Assembly: GCA_943354835.1 (NCBI GenBank)
Contig: CALRDH010000005.1
Coordinates: 1 to 47,095 of the forward strand
DNA length: 47,095 bases
Reading direction: 5' to 3'
Origin: a candidate division WWE3 bacterium
Lineage (GTDB): Bacteria; Patescibacteriota; WWE3; 2-01-FULL-39-13
Positions 20,244 through 31,172 of the stretch are shown piece by piece. The notes below the pieces were generated by a model. That model did no database searches and was not told the origin of the DNA. It worked only from the letters and a program-made list of their open reading frames with translations. How positions within the stretch are numbered: the stretch's first letter is position 1; the number at the start of each line of letters is the position of its first letter. The position numbers and the translations under genes are program-made.

Positions 20244-20786
20244 ATGACAGACAAAGTAAAAGCCATAACGATATTCAGTGCCTTCTTGTTGATTGCGGGA
20301 GCAGTTGTTTATTTCGGAATTATAAGAGGAGCTAATTTAATACCTACTCCTTCTGAAGATAACAAAGCTGAAGTAGATCCAAATGTTCCAACAAAGGAAT
20401 TCTTAGAAAGTGCTACGAAAAAAACATATGACGAGTTAAAGCAGGAATCTCCAAACATTGTGAATGCTCCAAATATTTATGATCCTGAAACGAAGGCTAA
20501 ATTTGAGGAAATCGCAAAAAGCCAAAATCCAGAAAACTACTTTGTTGTATTTGATGGAAAAAGTTTTGATCCAGAAAGCATGACAATATTTCAAGGAGAT
20601 CTAGTTACGTGGAGAAATAAAGGTGTATCTGATCTAAAAGTAAAAGGTGCTGGCGATTGGGGAAGCCTAATTCCTATCGAAACGGATCAGGCATTCTCTC
20701 AACAATTCGACTACCTAGGAACATACAAATACACAGCCGAAGCAAACGACAAAATAACCGGCGAAGTAATAGTAGTGGCGAGATAA
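20244..20786 (+). CDS. Membrane-anchored cupredoxin-fold protein lacking copper ligands
   Basis: N-terminal TM helix; FDPESMTIFQGDLVTWRN...FSQQFDYLGTYKY...GEVIV follows the plastocyanin-like pattern. Confidence 0.65.
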   Translation: MTDKVKAITIFSAFLLIAGAVVYFGIIRGANLIPTPSEDNKAEVDPNVPTKEFLESATKKTYDELKQESPNIVNAPNIYDPETKAKFEEIAKSQNPENYFVVFDGKSFDPESMTIFQGDLVTWRNKGVSDLKVKGAGDWGSLIPIETDQAFSQQFDYLGTYKYTAEANDKITGEVIVVAR

Positions 20787-20825
20787 GGGGTTTAACAAAG
20801 TAAGTTTTTTTGCCAACATATTATA

Positions 20826-23800
20826 GTGATAAAGTACAACAATAAAAGTTTAATAGTTTTTCTAAAATTATTTTTATGTTGTGTATTGTTTTTTCTTTTT
20901 TCTGCAAGTGTTACTGCAATTCGTGGATTTTGGTTCGTAACGAAAATATATGCTGCGGATGCATGCGGAGCAAGATGTGCTACAACTTCTTGTACCGGTT
21001 GTAGTGGTAAGTCTGTAACAGTTACGCGTTGTGGAACCACAAACTGTTGGGATAGTGCGGGACATTGTGTTCCTCCACAATCTACAGGGGTTTCATGTAG
21101 TTGTAATAATGGTGTTTTCACAGCTGACTTTCAGTACGCTTGTGCAGCTGGCCAGGGTCAACCACCAGCTTCCGATACCACTGCTCCTACTTGCCAAACG
21201 CCTACTGTTTCGCCTGGTTCGCCACTTAGTGCTGGCTCAATAGATATCAGCGGAACAGGTAGTGATAATGTAGGTATTGCAAGAACAGGCGTATATATTT
21301 ATCAGGGAAGCAATTGGATTGCGACTGTGCGTGATAATAGTAAAGCTAATACTAGTTCCCCACTTAATGTAAGTTGGGCGACGAATGTTCCTGATGGAAC
21401 CTATCAGGTTCATATGAATTGGTATGATGCCGCGAATAATGGTCCGACTCAATGTAGTACGAGCTTTGTTATCGATAAAACTCAACCTTCGTGCGGGGCT
21501 TTTTCTTTTTCTCCAGGAAGTCCTTCTAATGCTAATTCTGTTTATGTTAGTTCTTCAGCAACTGATAATCTAAGCCTGTGGAGGTCAGCTTTATATGTTA
21601 GTAAAAATTCAAATGCAACTCCAGGGAATTGGCAAGCTATTATTCCTCCTTATAAATCATATAATTCAGGAACGACAAGTGGATTTGTTGATGGCACAGT
21701 TAATTTTTCGACTTTTGGAAATGGAACTTATATATTTGCGTCAAATTGGTGGGATACTGCTGGAAATGCCTATAAGCAATGTACATATAATTATACAATC
21801 AACAAAACTCCACCGACTGCGACTCTTTCAGGTGCAACGCAGGTTTGTCTTAATACATCACAGACTTATTCCCTGTCCGCGAGTGCTGTAAATGGGATGA
21901 AACTAGCTTATTTTACATATTATAGGCCTGCTCCGACTAATAGTTGGAAAACGGATCCTTTCCCGCTATATACAACTGGTAATTTATCGGGAAATTCATA
22001 TTCTGGTTCAGCTTCTATAACGTTTAGTACAGCAAATGGTTTTTCTGCTGGAAATAGTTATTATGTTGCATCTGGTGCTGAAGATGATTTGGGTAATAAA
22101 TGTAATGGAAGTCAGCTATTATTTCCAACGGCACCAGCAGCCGGTACTATAGTTTCTGGTTTTTATTACTGCGGGAATTCTTCAAGACAAACGGTAACAA
22201 TTATCGACAAACCAGCCGCAAGCGTTGTTGCTCCTAATTTAAGACAGGTATATAACAGCCTGGATGCAAATTGGACAATACGTTTAAGGTGGGATCAATT
22301 ATCTGGTGATACTGCATCTATGTATAGTGTCACGCAGCCAGCAAATAGCCAATCGTGGAGTACTTTATCATGCAGTGGAACCTATTGTCAGCAAACTTTC
22401 CAAATATCTGGTGGTTGTTCTGCAGAATATACATATTCGGTTGTTAAAACAGATTCTTGTGGTGCCAGTACACCAAAAAGTATAACTGTTTCTCCTAATT
22501 GTTATCCTAGTTGTAGTTTAGGTACAACTTCGAGCCTTCCTGCTAATCCGTCTTCTGCCTTGACAATAAACTCTACAAATAGTCCGGGGGTAAATGATAC
22601 TGGAGATAGTATCTCTAGCTATAATTGGTACGTTGACGGCCAATCAGTAACAGGAACTTTAAATTCCTATAACTACAGCGCTTCTAGTAGTTATGGTAAA
22701 ACACAAACTATAATACAAGTTGTAAGTGACACTTTTGGCTCTTCAAATTCTAAAAGCTGTTCATTAGCGGTTAGTACAGTAGAACCAACAATTTCGGTTG
22801 GCCCTGTTTCAAGCGTAAGTTTTTCTAGAAATTCACAATATGCATATTCAGCATGGGGTGTGGCCGTATCCTCAACGGTATTAAATGATAATCCTGGAAC
22901 TTTAACATATAATCAGTCTGATAACATAACATATGGTGCTTCTTCCTATCAAAATATATGTAAAGCGCCTGGTGTAACTTGCTCGTTTAATTCGACATCA
23001 TTTGTGGCATCAAAATCAATAGCAGGTAGTAATGTATCGACGTGGCTAAATATTAGAGTTCCCAGAGCTTTAACCCCTGGTACATATGCGTATGGACTAG
23101 ACCTGTCTTCGACTAAGTGGGATAATACTGCTATTTCAAGCCAAAGTAATAATTTATTTGTTGTGCGAAATTTTCTTCCACTTTGTGGGAGACCTGTATT
23201 AAGTGAATATTCAACATATAGCTCGGTTGGATATCCTTTGAATTATAGTATCACTGCATCTGCTACTTCCGTATCAGATCTAGACGGAACAATTGTTTCT
23301 TATACTTGGGACGCTCCAAGTGTTGGGGATATTGCCATAGCAGATAGATCTTTAAATCCAACGAACTATATTACTTCATCTAGCTACAATACAACTACTG
23401 CAATTGCATATACAGTAACTGATTCAAGCGGTGGTACTAAAAAATGTACATCTGAGGCAATTAAAACAATTATACAACCTGGCGTTAGTGCTTCTTGGGC
23501 TAATTATGCTATAGATACAAACCAAAATATTACAGATAGCAAAACTATTACAATTACAGAAACGCCTACAGAAGCAGGCTTTACTGTGAATATGGATTTA
23601 GCAATTGATACTAGTTCAAATCAGTTTTATATTAATAGCACAACAGTAAACAATATTTGTAAAGTCACAGACGTCACATGTGAATTCTTAGGAAGCGGAC
23701 TAAGTGTAAACGACAATGTAACATCAACCGCAGGTTCTACATCAAAAGATTACACAGTAAAAATTACAGTGCCACAAAGTATCCCTGTTAGGAATTATGG

Positions 23801-26800
23801 AATCAGGATTGGTGGAACAACGACGTATTTAGGAGAGACACTTACTGTTAATAGTGGAAAAACTGTTTTTATTACAGCCGCACCTTCAACAATTACAGTT
23901 CAGTGCGCAGATGGTTCTACAACCTCACCATGTCCTACAACTTATTCAAGCAATCGAGGTTGGGTTTCTGATGCTATTGCATTCAACATTGTTTCAAGTA
24001 GATTTAACGGAAATTTTAGTGTTACCGAAGATGTAACTTCTGCCTGTGGCGATACGGGAGTTACATGTACTTTTAGTACAACAGCCGCTGGAACATATAC
24101 AGATAGCTTAACAAACCAATCACTTGCGACAGATGCAACCAATATAATTTATATGAAAATTGCCACAACAAATCTATCTGTGCCAAAAGCATATTTAGCA
24201 AAATTTACAGTTGTTGGTACAAGAAATAATGTAAATACATCAACTGGAAATCAATCAAGTCCGGGGACCAGCTTTACACTTGGTAATCAAAATCCGATAT
24301 GTGGAACACAAACATTTACGTATAGTCCTGCTTCGCCAATCGCAAAAGGTGGAACAACAACATTAACAGTTGGAGGTGGAAGCGATCCGGATTCTGATCC
24401 AGTTACTTATGGTGCTTGGGCTACTTCATCTGGCACAATTACTGCTGCCTCAACTAATTCGGCAACAGTTACCGCGGTAAACACCTTTAATTCTTGTGCA
24501 AATATAAGCTATAAGGTTTATGATAACCAAACTCCACAAGGAGTTTCAGTTGCTACCTGTGCTGTTGCCGGAGCTTTATGCACTATCAAAGATAATGTAA
24601 GGCCAACAGCGACAATTACTACTGCCGCCAGTGCTGTGTGTAAAGGTGATAATTATCCGGTTGCTTTTTCATATGCTGATGCAGATAGCAATTTAACTTA
24701 CGTCTCTATCAAGAAGTCTGCTCCAGTTAGTGTAATTGCTGAAAAAACAGGTAGTTTTGGAACCTCAACTACACTTTCTGGGTCAACCACTTTTGCAACT
24801 GCTGGTACATACACGGTTTATCCAACTGCAACTGATGCTTTAGGAAATTCTTGCGACAGTAGCGGAACAAATACTTGCGGTGCTGGAACATCAAAAACAG
24901 TTATTGTAAATGAAAATGCAGACTCCCCTGTTTTGTCGTATGTTGTCGATCCTTTAAGTGAATCAAAAGTTACAATAAAATGGACAAAACCTGCAGGTTT
25001 GTCTGCTTCAAGTTATGCTTTGACAGGAGCTTCTGGAACCATTGGCACAATTACTTGTGGTGGTACTTCTGGTAATGATTGTTATGCAGATGTAGATACA
25101 GGAGCTAATTCATGTACAAATAATTATGTACTTGAGCTTCAGGAAGTCGATTCAAATAATTGTGTTGCAATTTCATCAATTACAATTTCACCAAACTGTT
25201 TCCCAACATGCACAAAACCGGTCCTTGGAGATTATGCTACGTATTCAGCTGCTGGATATCCACTTAGTCACACGATGTCTGTTACAGGGTCGGGGTCAGA
25301 TAATGACGGAACAATTAGTGAATATACATGGGGTGCAACAAGTTCTCCAGGTGTTGGAACGTTAACGCAGGTAAATGATCCAGTATCAAGTTATGTTACT
25401 GCAAGTGATTACGACGCTTCAACTACGATTACATATAGTGTTGAAGATTCAAGTGGTGCAGTAACAGTTTGCCCAGTTTCAGATTCCTTCAAAACACAAT
25501 TAAGACCAGGTGCTGATACCGGTTGGTTTAATTATTCAATTGACATAAATAAAACATTATCGAATGTGCAGAATTTCACGGTTACTGAATCGGCAACTGA
25601 TGAAGGCTTCACAATGAATTCAAAGTTTGACATTGTAACTTCTGGCCAGTATACAAGCGGAACAACGCCAAATATTTGCAATATATCTGGTGTTAAATGT
25701 GAGCTTTCTGCTGGAGTTGTTGGTTTTGACGAGACATATGCAACAACCGCAAGTAGTACAGCAAAAACATACGCAATCACGGTTACGGTTCCAAATAATA
25801 TAGCTGCAGGTACATACGGAATTAAAATTTCAGGAGGCACGACGTACCGTGGACTTGTATTGACAGATATTACTAATGAGAAAGCGGTTATTATTTCAGC
25901 AAGTATTTCAGATATATCAATAATTTGTCCATCAAATAGTTCATGTGCTTCATTTACTTCCCAAAATCGAGGTTGGGTATCTGGAGCTATTTTATATAGA
26001 GTTGTTTCTATGGGTTTTGCTGGAACATTTAGCATTTCGCCTGATTCTTCTAGTATGTGTGGAGTTAGCGGTGCGACATGTACATTCAGTACAGATGGTA
26101 CTACTTTTTCATCTACACTAACTTCAGTTGCTCTTACCGCAAATCAAACAAAGGACGTTTATATGCAAGTAACGACCACAAATGCAATTCCTCCTAATAA
26201 TTATGGTGCAAGATTTATTGCAAATGGAACAAGATCGGTAGTTGGGTCATCAACTGGAAATAAAACTAGCTCAAATACAGCAATTACAATGTTAAATCAA
26301 GCGCCTGTGTGCGCACCTATTGGTGCTAATAACTATAATCCGGCAAGTCCTGTGCCTTTGAGACAAAATGTAACTATTACTGCATCTGGCGGAACCGATC
26401 CGGATTCCGATTCACTTACCTACTCTGTTTGGTCAACAAGTGGAACTGCAATTTCTCCAGTTTCTGGATCAACCAATTCTGCAAGAGTTACTATGCCAAA
26501 TACATACAACACTTGCTATGAAATTAGATACCGAGTTACGGATCAGTATGGTGCAGTTTCTGCTTTGCCTGTTTGTGTCGTTCCAACTACGCTTTGTACA
26601 ATTGTAGACAGCGTTCCACCACAAGCATCGATTACAACAGGTGCTGATTCAGTATGTAAAGGAATTTCATATCCAGTTGCATTTAGTTATACGGATAATG
26701 ACGTTTTGACAGACGTTTCTATAATGAAAAAAAGTCCGGTAGCGACTGTTGCTACAAAGACAGATTTATTTCCGGCTTCTACAACACTTTCAGGTTCAAC

Positions 26801-29800
26801 AACCTTTGATACAGCCGGAACTTCATATGTTTATGCAACAGCGAAAGATAAGAATAATAATACATGTGATAGTAGTGTTACAACAACTTCATGTGGAACG
26901 GGGACACTAAAGGCTATTACCGTAAATGAAAATGCAGATTCCCCTGCAATGTCTTTTGTTACAGATGCTTCTAATCCTTCGAAAGTTAGAGTAACTTGGA
27001 CAAAACCATCTACTTTAGGAACATCTAATTATGTATTTACAAGAGCAAGTGGAACTGCCGGAACATTGAGCCCAATTACATGTTCAGGTAATTCCTGTGG
27101 AGTTGATATTACTGGTCTTGATTGTACTGCGTCATATTCATATAACTTGCAAGAAACAGATGCAAATACATGCAAAGCTTTGTCGACAATTACTGGAGTT
27201 TCTCCGAACTGCGCGCCTACATGTTCTACACCTACTATCGCAAATGCGGTTAGCGTATATCCTTTGAATACAAGTCAAACTATAAATAGTACAAAATCTG
27301 GAACAAATTTTGACTCTGAAGATCTTGATGCCGTAGGACATATTTGGGTTCCTTCCTTAAGCGGAACAGGACTTGGTGGAATAATTGCAGCTATAGGTGG
27401 AATAGCAACTTATACAACTCCAAATAGAAATAATATTACGGTTCAGATTGCTCATTCTGTAAAAGATTCTGGCGGTCCAAATGATAATAATTTTGTTACT
27501 GTTTCATGTGGAGCAGTTTCTTTCCCAATGGCGGCAGATACTCTAAGTACACCAGTTTTTTCACCTGGAAGTATCACGATTGCAAGAACTACGGATAATC
27601 CAACAGGTTCGTCAAACTTCACCTACTCTCTTGCTAATTTCCAAAATGGAACTTTTGCTATCGATACAACGAATACAAATAATGCATCATTTATCGGAAA
27701 TAATATATGTGCTCTAACTTCTTTGGTAACATGTTCTGCTAGTACGACTGCTCCAGTTGGAAATAATCAATCGATACCACTTACTATCACGTTTAATAAT
27801 AATGCTCGTGTAAACTTTAATACTGCAATTACAGGTGGATATAAAGTTCTTGGGAAGATAACTTATGCAACAACAAATGCTTCAAATGTAGTCGTAAATA
27901 AAACGGCACAGGCTTATTACAGCGTAACCATTGGAGATACGGCTCCAACATGTACAGTTTATTCAAGATTAAAATCAACGGATGCGTGGGCCGATGTTAC
28001 AGGAAAATATTTTACTTACGGGCAAAGTACAAAGGTTCAAGTTAGAACAGTTGGTAGCGATTCCGACGGCGATACAATTGGATCGTATTTGTGGTCTGCG
28101 TCTGCTGGAACAATCACACCAACAAATACACAAGAATCTGAATATACGGTTTATGCGGTTGATGGATTAAACGCAACCATTACCGGACGTGTGAATGAAA
28201 GTGCTCCAAATACTTTGTATGGAACTTGTTCGACGGTTATGAAAACACCAGATCCAGGAACTCACACAATTGCGGCCGGAAGTTTGAATGGTAATGATAC
28301 TTCAGAAACAGTTGCCTATTCCTATTCCGGATATGTAAATGCTAACAATGGAATTGGAGTTAATGGTACATCAACAATCTCAAGTGGTGCAATTGCTGGA
28401 TATATAAATTTATGTACGGTTTCTGGAGTCACATGTAATTTCGAAAACAAATCCGTTGGCGCTGGTTTAACTATTGGTAGTGGATCGACTGGTTCTACAA
28501 ATATTATAGTTACTCTTTCAGGACCAAGGCCAAGGATTGATAATACAAAAGTATATGCAATAAAGGTAACCTTTTCCGCTCCAACTGCTGATGGCGGATC
28601 TATAACAGCATCAACAACTGGTGGAATTATTGCGATTACTGATGCCTCGCCAACTTGTGGGAATATTTCGATGTCTCCGGCAGATAATGTTTTATCTGGA
28701 AGTTCGGGGGCTTTGACTATAACTGCCCTTGGATTTGATGATTGGACTATGTCTTCAGCGAAACTTGAATATAACTCTGACATTACTGGTACAAATGCTG
28801 GAACGTGGACGACAATTGGAACAGTTTCTTCTTTTGCTAGCGTCATTTCACCTTCCGCTGTATTTTCCTGGGTTCCAGGGTCTTTAGCTTTAGGCCGATA
28901 TCAATTGCGAGTTACGTGGACAGATAACAAGTCTCCAACAGGAAATACTGTTTTTTGTAGTGCTTTAAATTCATCTATAATTACAACGAATCCTGCGAGT
29001 CCAACAGATCCAAATAATGCAGTTGTGACTGTTAACGGAAATAGATTCTCTGGAAGAGTTTTAATACAAAGCGATGGGCCATCGAATTCTGTTATCTATA
29101 AAACTGTAAGTAAGGATGCTCTTTCAAATTCATTTGTTGTTACAAGTAATTTAGGAGCAACATCTTGGAGTAATTTAACAGTAGGTCCATCCGGAAATCC
29201 TGCCGATTGTGTGTCTAGTTATCCTGATGGTGCCCCCGATTCAAATAATTGTAATAATGATTTCTTTGTTTCCAATACGACGCATTTAGTTGGAACTAGC
29301 TTAACTGCTTCGGTAGCAAATCCTTCAAGTAAATATGCGTGTACATATGATGTTTGGGGTTTAGATGCAAGTGGTGTTAGGGTGAAGAAAATTGCAAATG
29401 GATTTGGTTGCACGACTTCACCTTTTAGTCTTGAAACTGGTCTTTCTTCATATTCTGCAACCACAAGGTGGACAACCGAAGTTGATTTTTACCTTACATA
29501 TAATACAGATCAGGTTAGAGGGTTTGTTTATACTAATAATGGCTCTAATGCTAGTGACCCATTACTTGGACTTTCAGGATATACAATATCTGCCTCTGGG
29601 TATGTTTCTGGCAGTTCTTTAGCTAATGGCAGTTTTGCTTCTCCAGATAGCACTGATTCCGCAAATTACCTGCCTACTGGTGATAGAGCTTTTACAATTA
29701 CGGGGCCAAATATAGGATCTAGCGCTTCATCAAAGAAATGTTTTTATGCTTTTAGAAATGATGGAGTAAACGGTTCGTTTTTGTATCAAGATATAAAAAA

Positions 29801-31163
29801 TATTGGACGAGTTGGATCAGTCCCTGGTTGGACTACCGGCGAAGGATGCACAACGCAAGCATTATCTATTGCTCATGGAAATCTTTCCCCGCAGTTACAG
29901 AATTATTTGTATTTTTTTGTTGTCCCGAAAATTACAGTCGATCCGACTTCGAGTATTGCCTTTGTTGTTGATTGTTCGTCTGGTGTGGCAAGTGCAGAAA
30001 CACTTGAAATTATACCAACAGTTGATTTGTATGACCCATCAGTCGCTTCTACTAATAGAATAGGTGAAGAATTGTATAACGCCACGGGGTTTTCTATAGT
30101 AAATCCGAGTAGCTCTGATCCGACTGAACTTAAGTGGAATCAAACTTATCAAGCCAATTTGCTTTCAAATGTTAATTTTACAGTATGTAATAATTTGTCT
30201 CCAAGTTTTACTGTTGGAACCGCAAGTACAGAACCTAATGTGAATTCGACGCTTGCAAGTTATCCATCGGTGACATCAGCAGATAACCAAGTTAAATTTA
30301 CTTTCAGTATTACGCGTAAAAATAATAATGACTGGTGGCAGGTTTATAATGGTGGAGCACATGCAAATGGATTTATGAATTTGGATCGATTGCCTCACGT
30401 ATTTGTTGATCCAAATGTTGTTAAAGCTCCTGTAGTTGGTAAGTTGATAAATGCTTTAGCAACTCAAATTGCTCCTGAAGTTTTATATGTTCCTGATTTG
30501 AGCTTATATTATTATGTACCAGCTTTGGTTTCTTCTTTTTATTCAGAAGATATTAATTTTAATGATGGCAAAGCAGGAATTTCTCCAAAGATTTGGTCTG
30601 CAAATCAAATGAAGAATGCGATGCCTGTACCTTATGACGATAAGTTTTTTGCGGATGTAACAGGACAAGGATCAGCTTGGGTTTTAAAAACTAATATTGC
30701 AAGTGCATTTAGTTCGTCAAATTCTGATGCTGTTTATGTCAATAGTTCTCAGACGCACGATAATTCAAGTAATACGAACAAACACGCCAGGCCAATAGTT
30801 ATAAACGGAGATTTTACTGTTCAAAGTGATTTACTATTACAGAATTCATCCTCCGGTCCATTAATTATTATCGTTCATGGCAATGTCATTATCGATTATT
30901 CTGTTGCGACTATTCAAGCGACTATTTATGCGACGGGCACTATTTCGATACCAACAAAAGGCGATCAAACTGATCCTATTTTAAATGTTACTGGAAGTTT
31001 GATCGCCGATCAATTTGATTTTAAAAGAGACTTAGCAAATATACTAACTAATGTTGGCGTACCTTCTCAAAAAATAAATTTCGATGCAAAGGTAATTAGT
31101 GGAACTAGTGCTTATCCTATTAGTATGAAACAAGCTAATGCATATTGGGTCGTTACAGATTAA
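20826..31163 (+). CDS. Giant (3445 aa) secreted Cys/Thr/Ser-rich Ig/PKD-repeat surface protein; putative pilus-associated adhesin
   Basis: Signal-like N-terminus, Cys-rich tip, DNVG/DGTY Ig-like motifs, repeated DxD(G/S)xxxxYxW motifs, no C-terminal TM or sortase motif; follows the PilX-like gene. Confidence 0.85.
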   Translation: MIKYNNKSLIVFLKLFLCCVLFFLFSASVTAIRGFWFVTKIYAADACGARCATTSCTGCSGKSVTVTRCGTTNCWDSAGHCVPPQSTGVSCSCNNGVFTADFQYACAAGQGQPPASDTTAPTCQTPTVSPGSPLSAGSIDISGTGSDNVGIARTGVYIYQGSNWIATVRDNSKANTSSPLNVSWATNVPDGTYQVHMNWYDAANNGPTQCSTSFVIDKTQPSCGAFSFSPGSPSNANSVYVSSSATDNLSLWRSALYVSKNSNATPGNWQAIIPPYKSYNSGTTSGFVDGTVNFSTFGNGTYIFASNWWDTAGNAYKQCTYNYTINKTPPTATLSGATQVCLNTSQTYSLSASAVNGMKLAYFTYYRPAPTNSWKTDPFPLYTTGNLSGNSYSGSASITFSTANGFSAGNSYYVASGAEDDLGNKCNGSQLLFPTAPAAGTIVSGFYYCGNSSRQTVTIIDKPAASVVAPNLRQVYNSLDANWTIRLRWDQLSGDTASMYSVTQPANSQSWSTLSCSGTYCQQTFQISGGCSAEYTYSVVKTDSCGASTPKSITVSPNCYPSCSLGTTSSLPANPSSALTINSTNSPGVNDTGDSISSYNWYVDGQSVTGTLNSYNYSASSSYGKTQTIIQVVSDTFGSSNSKSCSLAVSTVEPTISVGPVSSVSFSRNSQYAYSAWGVAVSSTVLNDNPGTLTYNQSDNITYGASSYQNICKAPGVTCSFNSTSFVASKSIAGSNVSTWLNIRVPRALTPGTYAYGLDLSSTKWDNTAISSQSNNLFVVRNFLPLCGRPVLSEYSTYSSVGYPLNYSITASATSVSDLDGTIVSYTWDAPSVGDIAIADRSLNPTNYITSSSYNTTTAIAYTVTDSSGGTKKCTSEAIKTIIQPGVSASWANYAIDTNQNITDSKTITITETPTEAGFTVNMDLAIDTSSNQFYINSTTVNNICKVTDVTCEFLGSGLSVNDNVTSTAGSTSKDYTVKITVPQSIPVRNYGIRIGGTTTYLGETLTVNSGKTVFITAAPSTITVQCADGSTTSPCPTTYSSNRGWVSDAIAFNIVSSRFNGNFSVTEDVTSACGDTGVTCTFSTTAAGTYTDSLTNQSLATDATNIIYMKIATTNLSVPKAYLAKFTVVGTRNNVNTSTGNQSSPGTSFTLGNQNPICGTQTFTYSPASPIAKGGTTTLTVGGGSDPDSDPVTYGAWATSSGTITAASTNSATVTAVNTFNSCANISYKVYDNQTPQGVSVATCAVAGALCTIKDNVRPTATITTAASAVCKGDNYPVAFSYADADSNLTYVSIKKSAPVSVIAEKTGSFGTSTTLSGSTTFATAGTYTVYPTATDALGNSCDSSGTNTCGAGTSKTVIVNENADSPVLSYVVDPLSESKVTIKWTKPAGLSASSYALTGASGTIGTITCGGTSGNDCYADVDTGANSCTNNYVLELQEVDSNNCVAISSITISPNCFPTCTKPVLGDYATYSAAGYPLSHTMSVTGSGSDNDGTISEYTWGATSSPGVGTLTQVNDPVSSYVTASDYDASTTITYSVEDSSGAVTVCPVSDSFKTQLRPGADTGWFNYSIDINKTLSNVQNFTVTESATDEGFTMNSKFDIVTSGQYTSGTTPNICNISGVKCELSAGVVGFDETYATTASSTAKTYAITVTVPNNIAAGTYGIKISGGTTYRGLVLTDITNEKAVIISASISDISIICPSNSSCASFTSQNRGWVSGAILYRVVSMGFAGTFSISPDSSSMCGVSGATCTFSTDGTTFSSTLTSVALTANQTKDVYMQVTTTNAIPPNNYGARFIANGTRSVVGSSTGNKTSSNTAITMLNQAPVCAPIGANNYNPASPVPLRQNVTITASGGTDPDSDSLTYSVWSTSGTAISPVSGSTNSARVTMPNTYNTCYEIRYRVTDQYGAVSALPVCVVPTTLCTIVDSVPPQASITTGADSVCKGISYPVAFSYTDNDVLTDVSIMKKSPVATVATKTDLFPASTTLSGSTTFDTAGTSYVYATAKDKNNNTCDSSVTTTSCGTGTLKAITVNENADSPAMSFVTDASNPSKVRVTWTKPSTLGTSNYVFTRASGTAGTLSPITCSGNSCGVDITGLDCTASYSYNLQETDANTCKALSTITGVSPNCAPTCSTPTIANAVSVYPLNTSQTINSTKSGTNFDSEDLDAVGHIWVPSLSGTGLGGIIAAIGGIATYTTPNRNNITVQIAHSVKDSGGPNDNNFVTVSCGAVSFPMAADTLSTPVFSPGSITIARTTDNPTGSSNFTYSLANFQNGTFAIDTTNTNNASFIGNNICALTSLVTCSASTTAPVGNNQSIPLTITFNNNARVNFNTAITGGYKVLGKITYATTNASNVVVNKTAQAYYSVTIGDTAPTCTVYSRLKSTDAWADVTGKYFTYGQSTKVQVRTVGSDSDGDTIGSYLWSASAGTITPTNTQESEYTVYAVDGLNATITGRVNESAPNTLYGTCSTVMKTPDPGTHTIAAGSLNGNDTSETVAYSYSGYVNANNGIGVNGTSTISSGAIAGYINLCTVSGVTCNFENKSVGAGLTIGSGSTGSTNIIVTLSGPRPRIDNTKVYAIKVTFSAPTADGGSITASTTGGIIAITDASPTCGNISMSPADNVLSGSSGALTITALGFDDWTMSSAKLEYNSDITGTNAGTWTTIGTVSSFASVISPSAVFSWVPGSLALGRYQLRVTWTDNKSPTGNTVFCSALNSSIITTNPASPTDPNNAVVTVNGNRFSGRVLIQSDGPSNSVIYKTVSKDALSNSFVVTSNLGATSWSNLTVGPSGNPADCVSSYPDGAPDSNNCNNDFFVSNTTHLVGTSLTASVANPSSKYACTYDVWGLDASGVRVKKIANGFGCTTSPFSLETGLSSYSATTRWTTEVDFYLTYNTDQVRGFVYTNNGSNASDPLLGLSGYTISASGYVSGSSLANGSFASPDSTDSANYLPTGDRAFTITGPNIGSSASSKKCFYAFRNDGVNGSFLYQDIKNIGRVGSVPGWTTGEGCTTQALSIAHGNLSPQLQNYLYFFVVPKITVDPTSSIAFVVDCSSGVASAETLEIIPTVDLYDPSVASTNRIGEELYNATGFSIVNPSSSDPTELKWNQTYQANLLSNVNFTVCNNLSPSFTVGTASTEPNVNSTLASYPSVTSADNQVKFTFSITRKNNNDWWQVYNGGAHANGFMNLDRLPHVFVDPNVVKAPVVGKLINALATQIAPEVLYVPDLSLYYYVPALVSSFYSEDINFNDGKAGISPKIWSANQMKNAMPVPYDDKFFADVTGQGSAWVLKTNIASAFSSSNSDAVYVNSSQTHDNSSNTNKHARPIVINGDFTVQSDLLLQNSSSGPLIIIVHGNVIIDYSVATIQATIYATGTISIPTKGDQTDPILNVTGSLIADQFDFKRDLANILTNVGVPSQKINFDAKVISGTSAYPISMKQANAYWVVTD
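23180..27220 (+). repeat. Two diverged tandem copies (about 672-675 aa each) of a multi-domain block inside the giant gene
   Basis: C..PVL.(E/D)Y.TYS..GYPL at 23184 and 25209; NENADSP at 24909 and 26925; NRGWVS.AI and GG.DPDSD..TY each occur twice. Confidence 0.9.
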
Positions 31164-31172
31164 TATTAAAAT

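Noticed and set aside
20792-30085. Numerous alternative-frame and antisense ORFs within the giant gene (e.g. 25532-26035, 28322-28846)
   Set aside because: Expected from the Thr/Ser/Gly/Val codon bias, which leaves few stops on the opposite strand; no independent coding signal.
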